Below, piece by piece: positions 1 to 4,051 of a DNA stretch of 5,054 nt. The stretch is taken from positions 1 to 5,054 of IMG/VR virus record IMGVR_UViG_3300045988_000342. One strand, written 5' to 3'. The DNA is from a virus. Position numbers and translations under genes: made by a program. Position 1 is the stretch's first letter; each line of letters begins with the position of its first letter. The notes beneath the pieces are model-generated. The model saw nothing but the letters and a program-made list of their open reading frames with translations, was not told the origin of the DNA and did no database searches.

Positions 1-55
1 CTTGGCAATGATTCTTATGTTGATTTGGACACTTCAAGTATCTTTACGATCAACA
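1..55. repeat. Terminal redundancy, copy 1 (identical to 5000-5054). Signature of a circular genome linearised with overlap.
   Basis: Character-by-character comparison shows cttggcaatgattcttatgttgatttggacacttcaagtatctttacgatcaaca at both 1-55 and 5000-5054. The reading frame of the capsid gene is preserved across the join (1743 nt total, divisible by 3). Confidence 0.97.
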
Positions 56-795
56 GTCTTCGTACTGCTTTCCAGATGCAGAAGTTTTATGAACGTCTTG
101 CCCGTGGTGGCAGCCGGTATACAGAAGTACTCCGCTCTTTCTTTGGCGTAGTTTCTCCTGACGCTCGTCTTCAGCGCCCTGAGTTCCTCGGCTCTTTCAC
201 TAAAATGGTAAATGTCAATCCAATAGCGCAGACTTCTGCAACCGACAACACCTCTCCGCAAGGCAACCTTTCTGCTTATGGTGTTACTGCTTCTAAATTC
301 CATGGCTTTACCAAATCTTTTGTTGAACACGGCTATATTATAGGCTTTGTTTGCGCCCGTGCCGACCTTACCTATCAGCAAGGTATCAATAAGATGTGGC
401 TTCGTTCTACTGTTTACGATTGGTACTGGCCTACATTCGCCCATCTTGGTGAACAGGCTATTGAACTTCGCGAGATTTATGCCCAGGGCACTGAAGATGA
501 TACTACTGTTTTTGGCTATCAGGAACGCTATGCCGAATATCGCTATAAACCTTCGCAGATTACAGGCAAGTTCCGTAGCTCTGTAACCAGTGGTAACCTT
601 GACATTTGGCACCTTTCACAGTTCTTCAATAATGCTCCCACTCTAAACGAGGAATTTATTGTGGAAAATCCGCCTATTAAGCGCATTATCGCTGTTCAGG
701 ATGAGCCTGAGTTCCTGCTCGACATAGGCTTTAGGTATACCACAGTTCGTCCTATGCCTATGTTCGGTACACCTGGTCTTGTTGATCACTTCTAA
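1..795 (+). CDS. VP1: Major capsid protein VP1 (phiX174 F homologue), C-terminal part. It continues the ORF that leaves the window at 5054.
   Basis: Frame 1 is open from base 1, and the ORF-track start at 25 is only an internal TTG. The translation ...TINSLRTAFQMQKFYERLARGGSRYTEVLRSFFGV... carries the conserved Microviridae capsid core (LRxAFxxQKxxExxARGGxRYxE). T-ending codon bias is strong. Stop is TAA 793-795. Joined with 4052-4999 it gives a 580-aa protein, typical for gokushovirus VP1. Confidence 0.95.
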   Translation, partial: LGNDSYVDLDTSSIFTINSLRTAFQMQKFYERLARGGSRYTEVLRSFFGVVSPDARLQRPEFLGSFTKMVNVNPIAQTSATDNTSPQGNLSAYGVTASKFHGFTKSFVEHGYIIGFVCARADLTYQQGINKMWLRSTVYDWYWPTFAHLGEQAIELREIYAQGTEDDTTVFGYQERYAEYRYKPSQITGKFRSSVTSGNLDIWHLSQFFNNAPTLNEEFIVENPPIKRIIAVQDEPEFLLDIGFRYTTVRPMPMFGTPGLVDHF

Positions 796-809
796 AAGGA
801 GCTGGTTTC

Positions 810-1496
810 ATGTCTTGGCTTTCTAATACTTTAGGCAGCGTCGCTGGTTCTGTTCTTGGATCTGTAGTTCAGAATCATTACAATTCTGCTAATGCAGCAC
901 AGGCTAACGAGTGGAACGTTGAAAATTATAAACATCGTTATCAATGGGCTGTTGATGACATGCGTGCCGCTGGTCTGAATCCCATTCTTGCCGCTACTAA
1001 TGGCATAGGCGGCTCTATATCTGGAGCTTCAGCTGCTTCTGTAGGTATGAGTGATATAGGTTCCACCATGAACTCTGCTAAAGCCGCTAGTGCCGCTGAA
1101 AGGCAGGCTAAGAACGCCGAGCACCTTGCAATATCTCAAATTGATAAAAACGTCGCAGAAGCCGATTCTACGCGTCAGGCGACCCATGGAATAGTTCTCG
1201 ATAACGGCATTAAGGCTAATAATCTTAATCTCGCTGAACAAACCTATGAAAAACGTCTCGGCTATGAGCTTCAGCGCATGGATCAGGAGCTGCAGAATCT
1301 AAGACTTCAAGGATCTTATCTTTCTTCAGGTATACTTTCAAACATAGCTTCAGCTAATCAATCTAATTCCGCCGCGGGCTTTGCTGCGCAAAATGCTCGT
1401 CTCTCGAAGCAGGAAGCTGATTTCTATGATTCATTAGGTGTTGGCAATTCAGGCCTTGGTCATATTCTTCGTGGTATTGGTTATATCTTTAAATAA
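810..1496 (+). CDS. VP2: Minor capsid / DNA pilot protein VP2 (phiX174 H analogue)
   Basis: AAGGAG at 796-801 lies 8 nt before ATG 810. The 228-aa product contains YKHRYQWAVDDMRAAGLNPILAA, matching the conserved gokushovirus VP2 motif (YQR..DM..AGLNP.LA). It is A/S/N/Q-rich with a coiled-coil-like middle, and sits immediately after VP1 as in gokushoviruses. Confidence 0.9.
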   Translation: MSWLSNTLGSVAGSVLGSVVQNHYNSANAAQANEWNVENYKHRYQWAVDDMRAAGLNPILAATNGIGGSISGASAASVGMSDIGSTMNSAKAASAAERQAKNAEHLAISQIDKNVAEADSTRQATHGIVLDNGIKANNLNLAEQTYEKRLGYELQRMDQELQNLRLQGSYLSSGILSNIASANQSNSAAGFAAQNARLSKQEADFYDSLGVGNSGLGHILRGIGYIFK

Positions 1497-1508
1497 AGGA
1501 GTGTTAAT

Positions 1509-1748
1509 ATGTCCAACAAAACTACTATGATCCTTACATTCATCGTTTCCGTTGTCGTTCCCTTTATTCAGGAAGTTGTTGATTTGATTGAAGCATTAAA
1601 AGGTCGTTCTACTGCATCTACTCAGTTTGTCAGTAAAGTCGCATCCGACTTTTCGCATGATGTTGACAAACTTGTTGAGCCAGTTGCTAATAAGAATGAT
1701 TCTAAAAAAACTAGCCGTTTTTTCGGTTCTTGGAGGGACGCTAAATGA
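1509..1748 (+). CDS. Hypothetical small protein with hydrophobic N-terminal anchor (orphan, 79 aa)
   Basis: AAGGAG at 1496-1501 lies 7 nt before ATG 1509. The gene has its own non-overlapping slot and the same T/C-ending codon preference as the core genes. The N-terminus is TTMILTFIVSVVVPFI, followed by a charged hydrophilic tail. Its stop TGA 1746-1748 overlaps the next start (ATGA). I recognise no Microviridae family motif in it. Confidence 0.7.
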   Translation: MSNKTTMILTFIVSVVVPFIQEVVDLIEALKGRSTASTQFVSKVASDFSHDVDKLVEPVANKNDSKKTSRFFGSWRDAK

Positions 1749-1855
1749 AACGTCGGAAATTGTCTAAGCGTGGTTCTCGCCGTCTCTTTCGGCGCACCTC
1801 CAAATCTCGTCGCAGAAATTTTAAGAGAGTAGGACGAGGTGGATTTAGGATTTGA
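1745..1855 (+). CDS. ORF8: Small arginine/lysine-rich DNA-binding/packaging peptide (phiX174 J / chlamydiaphage ORF8 analogue), 36 aa
   Basis: My own translation from ATG 1745 is MKRRKLSKRGSRRLFRRTSKSRRRNFKRVGRGGFRI, with stop TGA 1853-1855. About half of the residues are R/K. The start overlaps the upstream stop (ATGA), suggesting translational coupling. Size, composition and position before VP4 match the J/ORF8 class. It is not in the supplied ORF track because of its length. Confidence 0.85.
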   Translation: MKRRKLSKRGSRRLFRRTSKSRRRNFKRVGRGGFRI

Positions 1856-1880
1856 CATTCTAACTTAATCCTGATACAAT
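1852..1880 (+). promoter_or_regulatory. Sigma70-type promoter candidate P1 upstream of VP4
   Basis: TTGACA (1852-1857), a 17-nt spacer whose last three bases are TGa (1872-1874, extended -10), then TACAAT (1875-1880). It lies in the short gap between the ORF8-like stop and the VP4 start. Confidence 0.6.
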
Positions 1881-1897
1881 CGGTACAGGTGATTAAT

Positions 1898-2809
1898 ATG
1901 GTTTGTTACAATCCTATTCTTATGTACCCGGTTGAGGGAGCGATTACGAAAGATGGAAAACAACATTATAGTTTTTACGGTAGCCTTGTCTCTCACCCTG
2001 AGCTTGCTTGCGATAGCCGTTTCATTCGTTGTTCTTGTAAACAATGCATCGGTTGTCGTCTCGAAAATAGCAGACAGTGGGCTGTCCGTGCTGTTCATGA
2101 AGCCCGTTCTTCGTCTTCTGCTTATTTCGTTACTTGCACTTTCGATGATTATCATTTGCCACACGATAAAAGCTTGAGTAAGAAATTTCATCAGACATTT
2201 ATGAAGAATCTTCGTCGTGAGTATGGCAGTGGTATTCGCTTTCTTGGCTGTGGTGAATATGGTGAACTTCATGGTCGTCCCCATTATCATTACATTTTGT
2301 TTAATATTGATTTTGATGACAAAATTTTTCGGTTCCGTACAGACGGTTATAATACTTATACTTCTTCTCGTTTTGCCAAAGTATGGAAATACGGTATGCA
2401 TCTTATTGGTGAGTTTAGCTTTGATTCTGCTGCCTATGTCGCTCGCTATATAGTTAAAAAGCAGACAGGTAAAGATGCTCCTTCTCACTATAAAGGTCGC
2501 ATTCCTGAATTCATGGTTGCTTCCAATCGTCCTGGCATAGGCGCTAAATGGCTCGAGGATCATGGTGAAGAATGCTATGCTAACGATTATGTTGTCATCA
2601 ATGGTAAAAAGATGCGTCCTCCTCGTTATTACGATAAGAAATTTGATGAAACGCATCCTCACTGGATGGAGTTTATTCGTAATAACCGTGTTGAGAAGAT
2701 GCTGCATAACTTGGAGAACAATACTTTTGAGCGATTGATGGCCCGTTGCCGCGTTCAGGAAAGTAAGTATAAGCATTTTCTTGGCAGAAAACTTGACAAG
2801 GTATTGTGA
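1898..2809 (+). CDS. VP4: Replication initiation protein VP4 (HUH rolling-circle endonuclease, phiX174 A analogue)
   Basis: AGGTGA at 1887-1892 lies 5 nt before ATG 1898. The ORF-track GTG at 1889 sits inside this SD, so I prefer 1898. Motifs seen: N-terminal Cys cluster CSCKQCIGCR, motif 1 YFVTCTF (2123-2143), HUH motif HGRPHYHYILFN (2270-2305), and the two-tyrosine catalytic motif YVARYIVKK (2435-2461; compare YVAKYVNKK in phiX174 A). Stop is TGA 2807-2809. Confidence 0.95.
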   Translation: MVCYNPILMYPVEGAITKDGKQHYSFYGSLVSHPELACDSRFIRCSCKQCIGCRLENSRQWAVRAVHEARSSSSAYFVTCTFDDYHLPHDKSLSKKFHQTFMKNLRREYGSGIRFLGCGEYGELHGRPHYHYILFNIDFDDKIFRFRTDGYNTYTSSRFAKVWKYGMHLIGEFSFDSAAYVARYIVKKQTGKDAPSHYKGRIPEFMVASNRPGIGAKWLEDHGEECYANDYVVINGKKMRPPRYYDKKFDETHPHWMEFIRNNRVEKMLHNLENNTFERLMARCRVQESKYKHFLGRKLDKVL

Positions 2810-2821
2810 CTGTGTTATTAT
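2793..2821 (+). promoter_or_regulatory. Sigma70-type promoter candidate P2 upstream of the 80-aa ORF and VP5
   Basis: TTGACA (2793-2798), a 17-nt spacer ending in TGt (2813-2815), then TATTAT (2816-2821). It overlaps the last codons and stop of VP4. The architecture is the same as P1. Confidence 0.6.
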
Positions 2822-2839
2822 TAAGTCGGAAATGAGGTG

Positions 2840-3079
2840 ATGCTTATTAGTGAGCTTGAAGCTGTTAAAAATTTCTGTCGTGAGCGTAATATTTCTTTTA
2901 AATACTCTTTTTGTGGTAGTAAATATGCCGCTTACCGTCTTAAACCCGATGATTCTAGAGTTATTCGCCTTGATAATGACTATTTTGTCATATCATCTAT
3001 GCTTTATCTTATGATTCGCAGGTATTTAGTTGCACTTAGAAAAGGAGATGGTTCCGCTGAGACTTTATTCCATTTATGA
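2840..3079 (+). CDS. Hypothetical protein (orphan, about 79 aa), start codon uncertain
   Basis: An open frame with the genome-typical T-ending codon bias (ctt att agt ... cgt aat att tct ttt) supports real coding. The product MLISELEAVKNFCRERNISFKYSFCGSKYAAYRLKPDDSRVIRLDNDYF... is not low-complexity. Candidate starts are GTG 2837, ATG 2840 (inside AGGTGA 2835-2840) and in-frame ATT 2846. The 3' end overlaps the VP5 start. No family recognised. Confidence 0.55.
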   Translation: MLISELEAVKNFCRERNISFKYSFCGSKYAAYRLKPDDSRVIRLDNDYFVISSMLYLMIRRYLVALRKGDGSAETLFHL

Positions 3080-3338
3080 TTCCAAGGCTGAACAATTTAG
3101 CCCTCCACAGGTTTACCATAATGATATGCTTGCTCTGAGAGGTTTTGAAGGTATTGTTAACGATGATAAAATGCTTATTAAAAAGTATCCTGAAGACTTC
3201 AGTATTTATTATGTCGGTAACCTTGGGGATTCTGATGGCCGTTACTATACTGAAAGTTCTGACGAATCCCGCGTTCCTGTATTGGTTGGTCGCGCCGTAG
3301 ATTATGTACAGGATATTGACAACAATCCCACTAAATGA
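3048..3338 (+). CDS. VP5: Non-structural protein VP5 (gokushovirus ORF5 family)
   Basis: The translation MVPLRLYSIYDSKAEQFSPPQVYHNDMLALRGFEGIVNDDKMLIKKYPEDFSIYYVGNLGDSDG... fits the conserved VP5 pattern (hydrophobic-Y-x-V/I-x-D-x-K-A near the N-terminus, R-x-F-x-x-x-V-N-D, K-H/Y-P-E-D-F/Y). Stop is TGA 3336-3338. An alternative start is TTG 3030, with AGGTA 5 nt upstream. ATG 3048 directly abuts AAGGAG 3042-3047. Confidence 0.85.
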   Translation: MVPLRLYSIYDSKAEQFSPPQVYHNDMLALRGFEGIVNDDKMLIKKYPEDFSIYYVGNLGDSDGRYYTESSDESRVPVLVGRAVDYVQDIDNNPTK

Positions 3339-3344
3339 TAATCT
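3316..3344 (+). promoter_or_regulatory. Weaker promoter candidate P3, same architecture as P1 and P2
   Basis: TTGACA (3316-3321), a 17-nt spacer ending in TGa (3336-3338), then TAATCT (3339-3344). The hexamer matches only 3/6 but keeps T1, A2 and T6. It spans the end of VP5, and a terminator hairpin follows about 20 nt downstream, which makes its role doubtful. Confidence 0.35.
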
Positions 3345-3364
3345 AATAAAGAGCGTATCGGAAT

Positions 3365-3397
3365 AAGGACGGTCTCGTAAGAGATCGTCCTTTTTCT
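3365..3397 (+). terminator. Rho-independent terminator-like hairpin with GNRA tetraloop, between VP5 and VP3
   Basis: AAGGACGGTCTC (3365-3376) pairs with GAGATCGTCCTT (3381-3392) as a 12-bp stem with one G-U wobble. The loop is GTAA (3377-3380). It is followed by or merges with TTTTTCT (3391-3397). Confidence 0.7.
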
Positions 3398-3445
3398 GTA
3401 CGCTACGCCCGCCGCGTCTAGGCGCCTGCGAAAGGAGGTGAAATC

Positions 3446-3928
3446 ATGAAATTTAAGACAGCTTACGATCCCGTAGAAGAACATGATCATTGTGGTATTG
3501 AGTTTACTATGCCTTCTCTTACAGTTCAGGACGAGAAAGAGGAAACTGATATCAATTACATCGTAAATAAGTATGCAGACGGTCAGAAAGGTATTATGAC
3601 TCTTGATCTCGGTGATAGTTCGCAATACGCTTACTTGCAGTTCGGAGATGCAACGCTTCCCGGCGACTACAGTACAGCGCTTGAGCTTGTGTCCGGAGTT
3701 CGTGAAGAATTCTACAGTTTACCCGCTTACGTTCGAGCAAAATTTGGTCATGATCCTATGAATTTCATCGACCATTTGAATGATCCTACAACGCTCGAAT
3801 ATCTCCGACGACAAGGATTGTATGGTAACAAATATACTTTTGACGAATCACAACAGTCCGTAAGTAGTAAACAAACACAAGAAGAAAGTAACACTTCAGA
3901 ACAAAATAATGAAGAAACACAAAAATAG
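3446..3928 (+). CDS. VP3: Internal scaffolding protein VP3
   Basis: AAGGAGGTGA at 3432-3441 lies 4 nt before ATG 3446. The 160-aa product contains MPSLTVQDEKEETDINYIVNKY and LPAYVRAKFGHDPMNFIDHLNDP, matching the conserved gokushovirus VP3 blocks (PSLT.Q....E.DIN.I...; LP..vR..F..dP..F..f). It has an acidic/polar C-terminal tail. Stop is TAG 3926-3928. Confidence 0.9.
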   Translation: MKFKTAYDPVEEHDHCGIEFTMPSLTVQDEKEETDINYIVNKYADGQKGIMTLDLGDSSQYAYLQFGDATLPGDYSTALELVSGVREEFYSLPAYVRAKFGHDPMNFIDHLNDPTTLEYLRRQGLYGNKYTFDESQQSVSSKQTQEESNTSEQNNEETQK

Positions 3929-3977
3929 GCGTCACCGAAGCCAGTTACTTACTTGATGTAACTGGCGTAGGTGACGC
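3929..3977 (+). other. 49-nt composite stem-loop immediately after the VP3 stop (function unknown; ssDNA or mRNA structure)
   Basis: GCGTCACC (3929-3936) pairs with GGTGACGC (3970-3977). GCCAGTTAC (3940-3948) pairs with GTAACTGGC (3958-3966). A 3x3 internal loop (GAA/GTA) has a central A-T pair. The apical loop is 9 nt, TTACTTGAT. That is 18 base pairs in total. It is followed by an A-run, not a T-run. Confidence 0.75.
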
Positions 3978-3989
3978 AAAAATAATCTA

Positions 3990-4029
3990 AAACCTAAGAA
4001 TAATTTGCTTTAGGTTAATTCTTAGGTTT
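3990..4029 (+). repeat. Inverted/direct repeat set AACCTAAG ... CTTTAGGTT ... CTTAGGTT upstream of VP1
   Basis: AAACCTAAGAAT (3990-4001) is the perfect reverse complement of ATTCTTAGGTTT (4018-4029), a 12-bp stem with a 16-nt loop. Inside that loop a second TTAGGTT (4010-4016) can instead pair with AACCTAA (3991-3997). TTAGGTT therefore occurs twice in direct orientation 12 nt apart, plus once inverted. Confidence 0.75.
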
Positions 4030-4051
4030 ACACTTCGAAGAAGGTGATGTT

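Noticed and set aside
347-586. 79-aa hydrophobic + strand ORF nested in VP1
   Set aside because: It lies in the +1 frame of VP1, starts at TTG and has no SD. Its hydrophobicity is the expected consequence of T at VP1 third positions becoming second positions.
34-612. 192-aa minus-strand ORF antisense to VP1
   Set aside because: Same reasoning. It is antisense to a clearly conserved capsid frame, has no recognisable motifs and no RBS.
599-627. TTGACA hexamer inside VP1
   Set aside because: No -10-like hexamer or TGn follows at 16-18 nt (the sequence there is ttcttc), and the site is inside a coding region with no downstream gene start.
1029-1241. 70-aa minus-strand ORF antisense to VP2. The same applies to 1622..1858, 3302..3625 and 4637..4846 on the minus strand.
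   Set aside because: These are short antisense ORFs inside or across well-supported + strand genes. They lack SD motifs, and their composition is consistent with the shadow of T-ending codon bias.
1663-1691. TTGACA inside the 79-aa ORF, followed 17 nt later by GCTAAT, possibly a promoter for the J-like gene
   Set aside because: The -10 lacks the critical T1/A2 positions and has no TGn. The downstream gene is already translationally coupled to the ORF that contains this site.
1889-1897. GTG at 1889 as the VP4 start (ORF-track start)
   Set aside because: This GTG is part of the AGGTGA SD itself. ATG 1898 lies 5 nt downstream at canonical spacing and gives an N-terminus (MVCYNPI...) that resembles other VP4 proteins.
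1886-1902. tgattaatat resembles part of the AT-rich phiX174 origin core (CAACTTGATATTAATAAC)
   Set aside because: The similarity is only a few AT-rich bases. The stretch is fully explained as the SD-spacer-ATG of VP4, and I cannot support an origin call from it.
1865-2776. 303-aa ORF on the minus strand, almost as long as VP4
   Set aside because: It is exactly antisense to the Rep gene, whose + strand frame carries unambiguous HUH and YxxxYxxK motifs. The product is low-complexity I/T/N/F/K-rich, with no SD. Microviridae express a single strand. The lack of stops is explained by the + strand codon bias (few in-frame TTA/CTA/TCA codons).
2850-3014. 54-aa GTG-initiated ORF in the +1 frame of the 80-aa orphan, 9 nt after AGGTGA
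   Set aside because: The codon-position bias (T-ending codons) clearly favours the other frame (2840..3079). The product VSLKLLKISVVSVIFLLNTLFVVV... is the usual hydrophobic +1 shadow. I keep it only as a caveat on the start assignment of the orphan.
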